A stretch of 35,859 bases of DNA from Catajapyx aquilonaris. Taxonomy: Eukaryota. Where the stretch lies: contig KZ539033.1 in assembly GCA_000934665.2 (NCBI GenBank), positions 1 through 35,859 of the forward strand, given 5' to 3'. The position numbers and the translations under genes are program-made. Under the pieces are notes generated by a model that was given only the letters and a program-made list of their open reading frames with translations, was not told the origin of the DNA and did not search any database. How positions within the stretch are numbered: the stretch's first letter is position 1; each line of letters begins with the position of its first letter. Below, piece by piece: positions 25,740 through 35,859 of the stretch.

Positions 25740-26707
25740 ATGGAAGGGTTGTTTCAAGGCAGTGGTCAGCAGGGAGGACCGTACTGGGCTGCCCTGATGG
25801 GTAAGGACGAAGTGGTCAGCCAGTTTCTGGACATGGGATGGCCATTGGACCAACCTGATTGCAACTGGCACACCATGTTGCATCTGGCCTCCTTCCAAGG
25901 ACATCTCTCCACCTGCAAGCTCCTGCTCCTGAGGGAGGCTGCAGTGGGAGCCAGGGACTTCCAGGGATTTGCTCCGATCCACATGGCCGCCTGGAAAGGT
26001 CAGATGGAGTTGGTTGACCTTCTCCTGGATTCGGGGGCAGAGGTCAACGAGGTGGCGAATGACGGTCGGACACCTCTGTACCTCGCGATGCACCAGGGTC
26101 ACTTCGACCTGGCTCTTCACCTCATCTCAAAGGGTGGGGCTTATCCAGTGGTCAAGGACAACAACAGCGGAACAGAAGACAGCAACTCGGACAATCAATC
26201 AGCGCAAATGATGAAAGTGAGTGAAATTCAACTTATTTTGTGAGCACACGACCTTTAACTTTGGAATTGTCAACACACGTGTCATGACAGCAGATTCATA
26301 TATTTACACAAAAATTTGCACGTGCATCAGCCAAATAATCTCCTCATTGTAATTATTTGCAGGAAAAATCGGTGGTGCAAGCGGATGTCCCATTAATGTC
26401 AGCAGGCGATGGTCCCATGCCCAGCTTCCTTGGCCAGATGGTCTTATGCACCCGGAAGAAGGTATGTGCCAAGATGTGCTACCTGATCCTCCTGGTCTTG
26501 TTCACGTGCTTTGGACACTACACGGGTGTCCACTTCTTCGGTCCGGATGTCGGAGGATGGGTGGGACCACCCATCGGAGTGCTGTCCGCCTGTTTGGTAT
26601 GGTTTTACTTGAAATTGGAGAGTGCCAAGGCGGATCACAAGATCGCCCAAATGATACGCCGTTCAAACCAGACATCTCCTCCTGTCGCAGTATCAGACAC
26701 TCCATGA
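25740..26707 (+). CDS. Ankyrin-repeat protein with C-terminal 2-TM glycine-zipper anchor; exons 25740-26216 and 26363-26707 (~273 aa)
   Basis: Four ankyrin repeats (YWAALMGKDEVV, TMLHLASFQGH, APIHMAAWKGQMELVDLLLDSGA, TPLYLAMHQGH); donor AAA|GTGAGT and acceptor TTGCAG|GAA in phase 0; hydrophobic hairpin in the last exon. The start codon is uncertain. Confidence 0.8.
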
Positions 26708-28062
26708 AATTGTCATGATTTTCCCACACTGTTCAAGTCATTATGAACACTGGTTGGATGATTGTTAAGGACATAAAAGCAACGCATAAAAGCTTTTCAT
26801 GGGCTGATCTCTTATGGTCCACTGTGAAATGGAAAAGTTCATCCATGTCTTACAACTATATGTCCCTCCATAAACTAGTGTCATAGTGTCTGTAATAGTG
26901 TGGTTGACCCATGAATAAAAGATGTAGCACCATAGTAATAGTAACGTATAATGTCCCCCCTTGGCATGGTTTCTTCTCATAATTTAACCATTTTTGCTAT
27001 GTACACCTCATCTTTAGATAGATAAATAAAAAGTTTCAACATTGGACAAGCAAAGTGTGTTTACTCTGGTTACTACTCACCTATAGGTTAGTTAAAAATA
27101 CTGTGCCGGGCTGCATCGTGGCAGACATACCATACACCCATGGACAATGCAAAAGGTCAAAGGACACCTAAGAATGCCCCAGAGAATAATAGCACTCTAG
27201 CTTCCTGTTTGTCACTTTACTTAAACTCTTTTCGGCGACAAATTGGCCCCATATACCTGTACTGTACAATTTTTCTTTGCAACACGAGAACTTTATACAA
27301 GCACAAAAAGGACCTTAAATTTATACAAATTACGTCACTACTCTTATCATCTGTTTGGCATGTAAGCAGGACTGGGTTGGCAGTGTCACATTTTTATAGT
27401 TGGCTGGTATCTCTCAAGGAAGTTGTTGTCAAAATCTGCTGACTGCTGGTAACATGAGACTGTGTGCGTGGATGTCAAAACCATCTTAGCACTTCTCAAC
27501 AGTCGGTAATTAAACCCTGATGCGATTTTATGCCACTGGCTTATCTCCAATTACAGGTTCTTCAACTCTATAACTGGAGAGACAAAAATAATAACTTAAC
27601 ATTCACTGTACTTGGGAGTAGAGAAAGGAAATAGGCTTTACCAGGCCATCTCTTGTTGATTGCATGCCAACAAAATATTGCTTGATCGAAAATATTTTAT
27701 GAGTTACTGGAATGGCTGCACTTGTGAGTAAATGAGTTGTGTGTGATCCCAATTGAAGCATATTGTTTCTAATTTTGCAGTGAATATTAATGAACTTTTT
27801 CTGCCAACGTGAATATTTCATGCAAAAATTGCAAGCTGCTTAAGTATAATAAAGATGCATGCCACACGAAAGTGTGAAATGGAAATTTTTGTTATTTATT
27901 ATTTATTAGTGCCTGAAAGGACACATAAATATGGTTTTGGTCAGTTTATAGGTGACCAAAAGCCAATCCCGCATGTCCTCTCTCCATACAGTTACACATA
28001 GGTGATTGACAGCATGAGAAGATCCTCCCGAAGTGAATAATGGAATAGACACGCATTTTTCT

Positions 28063-28245
28063 TCACAATTTTCTCTGCATAACTGAACACAAATTGATCA
28101 CTTCCAGAACAAATGCAACGGCAGACATGATGGCACCACAGCCAAAGAAGACCATGAAGGCCCCAATCATGTTAGTTAGAGTCAACTTGTCATTTCCTTC
28201 GTTGGGCAATGCTTCGATGTAATGTCTGTTTGCTCTGGCTGAATA
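28063..28245 (-). pseudogene. 5'-truncated inverted paralog fragment of the ionotropic receptor (last TM + tail)
   Basis: RHYIEALPNEGNDKLTLTNMIGAFMVFFGCGAIMSAVAFVLEVI versus RHYMDVLPSAGNDKLTISKVIGAFMVFGGGAIMSAGAFVLEMI in 28645..30576. Confidence 0.85.
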
Positions 28246-28644
28246 ATAGCGTAACATGCTACTTAATGTTCCAGTCATATTACAGAGTAAATATTCTCCG
28301 ATTGCTATAGTTCCGTGTTTAACTGGATTTTTGCACAAAAGGACACAATTTTGTATTGGGGTTTCAAAATAATGCTAATTTTTGAAATCTTTTTCAGCAC
28401 TTCCGAATTTTAAACCGCGTACGTTCCCAACTTATACACGATATCCGACAACCTATGAGAAGATTGCATTACGCCCAAATGGTTTCCGATATTTAAAAAC
28501 GTGCGTGTCAGAACTATTCGTGCAAAATAGTCGCTCGAGAGGCCGAAAGAGACTCAACGGAAAAATTGTCCGCCTCCAAGTTGGTTTGAATAACAATGAT
28601 TCACGCAAAGATCTATTGACGTCGAGTGGGCGTAATTATTAAAT

Positions 28645-30576
28645 ATGGGAGGATATTCTGGCAGTTGGCCTCGTGTCACCGAGAGAAAAGCCATGGAGAC
28701 CTGGATGGCACTCTTCACCTCACTGATTTTAGTGAATCGGACAGACCCAGTGTCAAAAGTGACCCAGTACTTGTCCGGTGTGTTGGATCAAGTGGATGTC
28801 ACTTGCTCTCTTGTCATCAGCCACGACCTTTGGGAAGGGATTCACCCTTCGCTGCAGACACTGCTGGCAGATCAGGACAGACCACTTGTGGTGCTTCAAT
28901 CTGTCCAAAGGTCACGCTTAAACTGCACGGGTGACATTGAAAAATATGACTTCGATAATAAACATAAGCTGAAGAGTACAGAAAACTGCGCAGTTCACTT
29001 CGTCACGACATGCATGGACACACTTGACCAAACAATGACACATCTCTACAAACAAGCCAGTGTTCGCAAAACCAAGGATTTGTTCGTGGTTTGGGTGAGG
29101 GACAACCACTTTCAGGACCATTTCATGAGGCTGCACTTGTCCAAAGTGAAGTTCAAGTTGGCTCTTCATTTTGACTCCGAAGATGAATTGATGGTGAGCA
29201 CGGACTGCTTCCACTGCGAGTCTGGAAGTGACACCATTCAGCTCCTGAAGAATGTACCTCATGTGAAGGACAAGCTTCCCAACGCAGAAGACAACTTTCG
29301 AAAAAGGCGTCTGAAAGGTGTGCAAGGCGCTGTGATGGACCCCTCCCAGTGCAGTGATTCGATGAATATATGGATCAAACACATGTGCTTCTTGCAAGAA
29401 GCCCTCAACTTCACCTGGGAAGTGAGAGCAGTCGATGTCACCAACAATACGCAGATTTTTCAAGCTATAAGCGACTTGAGGTCAGGCCAAATTTCTTTCG
29501 TCCCATCCATGGTCAACAGCTATTTGATGTATACGACATTAAACTTAGACTTCATATCCAGCCACCTATTCGGTCGATTTCCGTTTCTCACCCGGAAACC
29601 CAAGGATGTTCTGAGCCCAGCAGTGTTCCTCCTTCCCTACCAGCCTCTTACCTGGTCCATGATCGTCCTCTCCATATTCTTCGTGTCTCTTTGTCTCTTC
29701 ATGCTGGAAGTGTGTCGATCCAAGTTGATGGCAACCACGCGTCGTTCCTACTTGTCCCACCTGGCCAGGACAGCAATGGTGATGATCGAGCAGTTTCCTG
29801 AAGTGCCTTCTGCTTCTTCTTTTCGACTGCTGCTCGTGTCCTGGACAATCTTCGCCTTCATTGTTGGAGTCGGATACCAGACAAACCTGCTGTCTCTGAT
29901 TCTCAATCCGGGGAAAGAATTCCTGCCAGAAACCACGTCAGAGCTGGTCCACTCCAATTTCGACATTTACTTGATGAATGCAGTTAAAGCTGAAATGAAT
30001 ATGCTGTTCAAGGGCGAGAACGATTTGTTGGAGAGGGACATGGACATCATGCTGGACAAAAGCATCGGAGTGGAAAACCACACGGTTTGTGTCCTGGCGA
30101 CGTTAGATGGAGACAATTCCTGCGTACTAGCTGACTACGCCTTCCGTTACATGCAAATTCCAGAGTTTTACGACGACAAAGGAGAATTGATGGTTCTCAT
30201 GTCAAGAAGCAACTTCATGTGGGTGTCTGTTTCAGTGGCCTTCCCGAAGGACAGTATGTATTCGGACAGTTTCCACCGCAAAATGCAGGTGTACAACTCC
30301 CTTGGCATTGCCCAAAGACATGACCGCTTGTTTATGCACATGAAGGCCTTGAATTCAACCAGATCAATCAGACATTACATGGATGTATTGCCCAGCGCAG
30401 GAAATGACAAGCTGACTATTTCCAAAGTGATTGGTGCCTTCATGGTCTTTGGAGGAGGTGCCATCATGTCTGCTGGTGCATTTGTTCTGGAAATGATCAT
30501 TTATTGGTTTCAAAAAAGTGTATGGAGACTATCAATAAAAATGAGTCCTGTTGAAACGAGGAGAGACAAGGTGTGA
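28645..30576 (+). CDS. Intronless divergent ionotropic receptor (IR, iGluR-derived chemoreceptor)
   Basis: 643-aa ORF with LQEALNFT, FLLPYQPLTWSMI (pre-M1/M1), SFRLLLVSWTIFAFIVGVGYQTNLLSLI (second TM), FPKDSMY and KLT…GAF…FVLE (last TM); the true start may be METW at 28693. Confidence 0.9.
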   Translation: MGGYSGSWPRVTERKAMETWMALFTSLILVNRTDPVSKVTQYLSGVLDQVDVTCSLVISHDLWEGIHPSLQTLLADQDRPLVVLQSVQRSRLNCTGDIEKYDFDNKHKLKSTENCAVHFVTTCMDTLDQTMTHLYKQASVRKTKDLFVVWVRDNHFQDHFMRLHLSKVKFKLALHFDSEDELMVSTDCFHCESGSDTIQLLKNVPHVKDKLPNAEDNFRKRRLKGVQGAVMDPSQCSDSMNIWIKHMCFLQEALNFTWEVRAVDVTNNTQIFQAISDLRSGQISFVPSMVNSYLMYTTLNLDFISSHLFGRFPFLTRKPKDVLSPAVFLLPYQPLTWSMIVLSIFFVSLCLFMLEVCRSKLMATTRRSYLSHLARTAMVMIEQFPEVPSASSFRLLLVSWTIFAFIVGVGYQTNLLSLILNPGKEFLPETTSELVHSNFDIYLMNAVKAEMNMLFKGENDLLERDMDIMLDKSIGVENHTVCVLATLDGDNSCVLADYAFRYMQIPEFYDDKGELMVLMSRSNFMWVSVSVAFPKDSMYSDSFHRKMQVYNSLGIAQRHDRLFMHMKALNSTRSIRHYMDVLPSAGNDKLTISKVIGAFMVFGGGAIMSAGAFVLEMIIYWFQKSVWRLSIKMSPVETRRDKV

Positions 30577-31659
30577 TAGAGACACATCATGGGGTTTTCA
30601 CCAATCGCCACCCATTAGCCTGTAAAGTTATGCTATAAAATGACAGTCCTGCAAATAGAAGAACCAAATGCATCAATATATAAGACACGTGTGCTAACTG
30701 GTGTGCTACTTGGCAACACTTCGAGGAATAGTGGGCAGCACCACATGTGCATGTGCATATGACGTCAAAGTGACGCACCATAAAATGCATTATTCACATC
30801 CCAGTTTCATGAGTCCAGTGTTGTGAGACTGAAGCTGACACGTGCAAAGTCATTGTCGCATAACAGAACTCGCTCATGCACAGAATAACATTGGTAGGGC
30901 ACCAAAGGGAGAAAGATAAGAAGGTCACATGCAAAAGGTATCGGTACATGTCGGCATACTGCAATAGGGTCAAGTGGAATATATTATTGTGAGGAGACGA
31001 TTGACATGTGGGCGCCCTGCCAAGGCCTCTTCACACTGATCGTTATATCTGTTGCCACCTTCAAGAACATTATTTCTGGATGGAAATTTCCTGGAGCATT
31101 AATGCGTGGCATAATCGTCTTAGACACAACCTAGCAACAACCTTATCGGGTGGTTTATGTCAACAATAGTGTCAATATTGCAGTGGTGTGATATGCACCT
31201 ATTGCGCCAGACTTGCGCAAATGGGATGAACCGACTTTCCTTCAGTCAGACCCAAGCAGAATCTCATGGCAGTTGATGGCTCCGTGTCACCAAGAGAATA
31301 TAATCAGCACAACCGTCACGTTTACCATAACGCCGTAATAAATTGCGAAATATGCGAATTTTGACCAAAATATGCAATGTTGGTGATTTTTTTTGCAGGT
31401 GACTGTACCATTAAATGAGGTAAATTTATGCATTAAATGACAGTGTGTTATTCCAAAAGCATGAGTTTAAAATGTCATGTTGGTTCTCAGAACAGTTCCC
31501 GAAATATACTCATTGAAAGCAATGGAAAAATCGGGAAAAAGTGCGTCTTCGCGTGATTGGGTTCAGTATAGCTTATTAAAAATAAAAATCCGTTTCGGCC
31601 AAAATACGGTAAAATATTATTTTTACATATCCGTACTTACAGTGTAATGTAGATTCTAC

Positions 31660-32160
31660 AAGTTCTTAAATTCGATGGTCTTTTTATGGTACACCCTGTA
31701 TGTCCTGGTTCAAAATAACCTAAAAATCAAAATTAGGATTGCGAAAACATCGGGAAATGTTATTTTCACCTGCTTGTAATGTTTATTCTACACGTTCTGA
31801 AAATTCCATAGGGAATTTTAAGTACACCCTGTAGGTATAAGTTCAAAATAACAATCGAAATCAGCGACCGTAAAAACAGGGGAAACGTAAGTTTCACCTA
31901 CTTGTACCACTTATCCTGCATATTATTAAATAATTCTATCCTGTTTTTGGTACACCATGTATAGGTCTTGGTTTGATAAGAGCCTCAAAATATGAAGCAT
32001 TGACCGCAAAAGGGTAACATCACAAACATATTCATCCCGCTTATTCTACAGAATTATTCTTAAATTCGATCGTGTTTTTCGGTACACCCTGTAGGTATAC
32101 GTTCAAAATAACCTGAAAATCGAAATCAGCGACCCTGAAAACATATGGGGAGACATGTTT
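31660..32160. repeat. Four degenerate ~130-bp tandem units with a Tc1/mariner-like TACAGGGTGTAC motif (reverse strand)
   Basis: GTACACC(C/A)TGTA at ~31689, 31822, 31950 and 32082, mostly followed by TTCAAAATAAC…ATC. Confidence 0.7.
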
Positions 32161-32275
32161 TGTGGAGCTATCAATCCTATCATTATCGTTCGTGTTTTTC
32201 TGATCTTGAGCAGTAACCAGGTCACTCGTAATCGACACGGCGAAATGACGTAGGTCGATCGAGTGGGAGGTGCCG

Positions 32276-32350
32276 GGAGCCGTATACTCATCAAGGTCAC
32301 TCGCAATCGACTTCGTCGATTGCGAGTGACCTTGATGAGTATACGGCTCC
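32276..32350. repeat. Perfect hairpin, 36-bp stem with 3-nt loop
   Basis: GGAGCCGTATACTCATCAAGGTCACTCGCAATCGAC-TTC-GTCGATTGCGAGTGACCTTGATGAGTATACGGCTCC. Confidence 0.95.
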
Positions 32351-33038
32351 TGATACAGGTGCAAGGCTTGCATCATCAGCCTTTTTTTATCACTTAAAGG
32401 CGCCATGTAGGCCTTAGAGATCTTTCCAGCGTTTGAAAGCGAAAAACCTACGTATAAAGAAGGCAAGGTCAGTTACATTCTTATTGCAGAGAACCCTTCA
32501 ATTGGTGTTCAGGTTTTGCGAGCTGTGTTTTACTATCAACAAATACATTACGCAGCGCAATGGACACTCATGTCTCATGTGTAAAATAATATCAATCTAT
32601 AATATTAAAATCCTTGCGGTCTATGGCCGAGCCCTCTGATTGGTCCGCCGCCGCGTATTGTTGCCGCCACCTCCCCATTGGTCCCCGTTCATTATTACAT
32701 AAACGCATTGTTACCATGACGCTTCCAATTGGCCCCCTTTCCGAGCATGCGCAATGGGTGGAAGAACGCCACAGTCGCTTGCTGGACGTCAACGAGGACA
32801 CATCATTCGCCTCTCCCGTGAAGACCCCTCCACCCTTCCATCATCATCCACCCACGTCTTCACGGTGACCTCACAACAGGGGAGGGGGAGAGGAGGGGGG
32901 AATGGAACGTGCGGTAAACAAACCTAATCGAATTTTGGCCAAGGTCGAAATCTGTTGATTATATCAGTGGTGCCAATAACTCCATGTACGTTTATGAACA
33001 AAGTAAAATAATTTCGGCTTTATAAACTAGGTCCTTAA

Positions 33039-35859
33039 AGGGACACTCCACTCAAAATACAAGTTGGATTCTAAAAATCGGGCAAGAAATCCTGATTCCG
33101 AGGGTATAAGCTGTTTTTTTGAGAGACGAACGGTAAGGTCAGGGCGAGCCGTCAAAGTTCGGAAATTCGAATCTGGCGCAAAAGAGCTGCCCGCCCGGGC
33201 CAGTCCGCTCCCTCCGCGCGCGCCGCCAACCGGGACTTGACAGAAAATGCCTGACATCTCCGCCGTCTTTGGTCCACGCCATATTTGGTCCGTACGGGTG
33301 TCGGGTCGTGTGTTTGCGCCAATTTTGAAGGGGGTTTCCGTGGACGGCATGCTACCTATTACCCTGGACAGTAAATCTGCTCACCACAGCACTGTTACTT
33401 TACGGGCCAGGGTTTAGACTGGCTCCTGACTGTTTATGAAAGGCCCACATCTGCTACCCAGCAGAACCTAAGAACAAAGGCGACCTTCGGGTGGGGAAGG
33501 AACGTGACTCATGTGTAAACTCTTAGCACTTGCGAAAGACACGCGTGAGTCAGCCCTTTCGAATGGGCATATCGAAGTGTACTGGGAAGCAGGCAGGATG
33601 GATGGGCAGGGAGATCCTGATGTCGGTGCTTCCGATGGTGCATTTTGTGTAGTGTGTCGGCTCCGCTTCAATGACGTCAGCCACGAGGGTTATCGTCGAA
33701 CTTTTTTTTCATTTCCGCGTCGAAAGGCACATTTGATGCGCCAATGGCAAGCAGCGCTGAATTTACCTCCAACGTATGCACCCAAGACAAATCATCGGGT
33801 GTGTATGGATCATTTTGACAGAGAGTCACTATTTCCCTACGCACCGCATCAGAAGAGGCGGACACTGAAGCCCAACGCTGTTCCTAAACTGCAGGTAAGC
33901 TTATTCTGGGACAGATTAGTGTAAACAGCAGACCAGCATCAGACTATCGCCTACTTTACTGCCCCCCTATTATTCCAGTGCACATCAGAGAGGAACAGCT
34001 CAGGAGCATGCAATAATGATGAGTCAACCTCCACACAGGTAAATAAGTATCTCATGATCGATATTACCAGTAATTTACAATATACAGAACAAGTGCAAGT
34101 ACAGTACAAGAGAAAGAAAGGGGCGGAAATATGAAGGTAATGACAAGGCATAATCATAAATGTTCTTCCAAATTACATTAGCTAATACCGTACAAGACCC
34201 TTATTTAAAAATAAATTGGCTAACAGCTGGGGTGGCTAACACATGAGTTGGAATAAGGTTATTTTGACATGAATAATACCGTATTGATTCCTTAGAGTCC
34301 ATGCAGACATGCCCTTAGCAAACTTGTTATAAAATTTCTTCCTTTGCACCTCATAGATTGCAGCAGGAGGAGACAGGATGTACAAGAGTGTCCATGTACA
34401 ATGTAATTTGGGCATCCTTGAACGATTGAATGATTGTAAGAGAATAGACCGCCCTGCCTGCACTTGCACTATGAACATTATAATGCAGGTAGGATATGGT
34501 ACATGCCCTTGATGTCACATGATATATTCGCCCTAATCTCAATAATTCCTTTCAGTCATCCATGTTGCAAGTGGCACATACAACCACAGATGCCTCTACA
34601 CAGTGCAACGTGGCTGAGACCACTAAAGAAGCTTCTGTACAATGCAACACCTACCTACAGGGGAGAGTCAATAATGCTGTTCAAACAAATAGTCCCCCTC
34701 TGTGCATCCCAACAGGAGTTCAAACTGATGATGGCATTCAGCATTCAGAGCTGCCGGTAACATCTACTCCTAAACGCAAAAAAGTGCCTGACCTTGGTGA
34801 GATATTCCAGTATACTGCATGCAATCAATATTGGGGCATGCATTATTACCAATATTAGTTTCGAAACTAAAGGAATAATACGAGGGCAAGTCAAAACAAA
34901 TCAAAACAGCATTTTTATATGAGAAAATAAATTAGGCCCTGTAACTTATGTCTTGGTGTATCAGCACACCAATTCCTGTTACAATATCTTGACACTGGCA
35001 GAGCGGAGGCAAAAATCAGATGACTTCTACTTCCTGTGCCACCGTTGTCTGCCGGCGTAGAATATTCCAACAGGAATTGGTGTACTAAATACGAATACAT
35101 GCTTTACTTGATGCCACCACCATGTGGTGTGCCGTGACATGATGTATGAGGCTCTGTAAAAATCACTATGAAATTCTTGCACCTAATTATGTGTACTACT
35201 ATTACCCCCAATTAATACATTGAAGGTAGTCCTAATTTTTAAATAATTATTTCATCACGCTATGCCAAAGTACTGAAATCCATGATTTTCCTTGTGCTAT
35301 ACCCACAGGGTCCAGTCTCGACATTAGCACTGTTAGTCAATGTGCGCCAGATGATACCTCATATGAAACTCCTGAGCCAAGTGACTCTCTGACCTCTCTG
35401 ACTTTAGAGGCCTCCAGAATAGAGCCTAAGAACAGTAATGGTCCCATTTACCTAGTTCACTCTAAGCAGTTAGACGAGTTACTGTGCAGATGCCTCCAGT
35501 GTGGCCAACCAGTTGAGAGAAAAGAAGTGAGCATACATGGTAGCATGCTGAGAGTTACCATGGAATGCCTACATGGACATAACTTAACATGGGAGAGCGA
35601 CCAGAAAGTCCTCCATGACAGCAAACATTCTCCAGCTCTGGGGAACATCACCCTACCTGCATGTGTTGTCCTAAGTGGTCTGACCTACAAAAGAATACAT
35701 GAATTCTTGGAGTCACTGAACGTACCACATGTAAGTGAGAGCCATTTTTACAAAGTCCAAGGACAGTACTATTGACCGCAAAAGTAATGTCGCGACTGTT
35801 TATGTGCTTTTGTGTTTATGTGTTGGTAATCCTGGGCACTGCCATGTTCCGGAATCCAC
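33039..35859 (+). mobile_element. Probable Kolobok DNA transposon, left portion (runs off the window)
   Basis: TTAA|AGGGACACT terminus (TTAA at 33035-33038) about 560 bp upstream of a THAP-domain transposase-like gene; TTAA TSD, AGG termini and THAP are Kolobok hallmarks. The right end is not visible. Confidence 0.65.
33598..35775 (+). CDS. THAP-domain transposase-like protein, N-terminal part; exons 33598-33894, 33979-34038, 34357-34488, 34556-34796, 35309-35775
   Basis: THAP: CVVC…FFSFP…W…RVCMDHF…LKPNAVP. Frame-consistent GT-AG introns. Downstream CLQCG…G…C.HGH..WES…GNITLPACVVLSG zinc-binding segment typical of DDE transposase N-termini; TGA at 35773-35775. Confidence 0.75.

Noticed and set aside
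32394..33038. Second TTAA|AGG Kolobok-like MITE
   Set aside because: No matching right terminus visible in the window.

Overview
Eukaryotic, intron-containing genomic DNA, most likely from an arthropod (arthropod-type coronin, intronless divergent ionotropic receptor, TATCGATA/DRE motifs). It is a draft assembly with Ns at 1646 and 19774-19787. Gene content, left to right: a decayed C2H2 zinc-finger relic next to a Helitron-like 3' end; a frameshifted F-box/LRR pseudogene and its intact paralog; a conserved 6-exon coronin gene; a tRNA-Arg(ACG)-derived relic; a small unknown 2-TM glycine-zipper gene (minus); a strongly diverged GLYR1/NP60-like gene (PWWP + dehydrogenase-like domain) with a UGA just before the family's C-terminal DxSAxY motif; a diverged Elongin-B-like gene (minus) head-to-head with an ankyrin-repeat gene whose last exon is the same 2-TM glycine-zipper module; an intronless IR with an inverted 3' fragment; and the left end of a probable Kolobok DNA transposon with a spliced THAP-domain transposase. 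Many MITEs and foldbacks, an 18-bp satellite, a perfect 168-bp palindrome and a 36-bp perfect hairpin are also present. The best candidate for something undescribed is the exon-encoded Cys-rich 2-TM glycine-zipper module shared by two genes, lying among fast-evolving paralogs of ubiquitin-ligase and chromatin genes. Exon models were read by eye from splice signals and recalled family motifs; no database searches were run.
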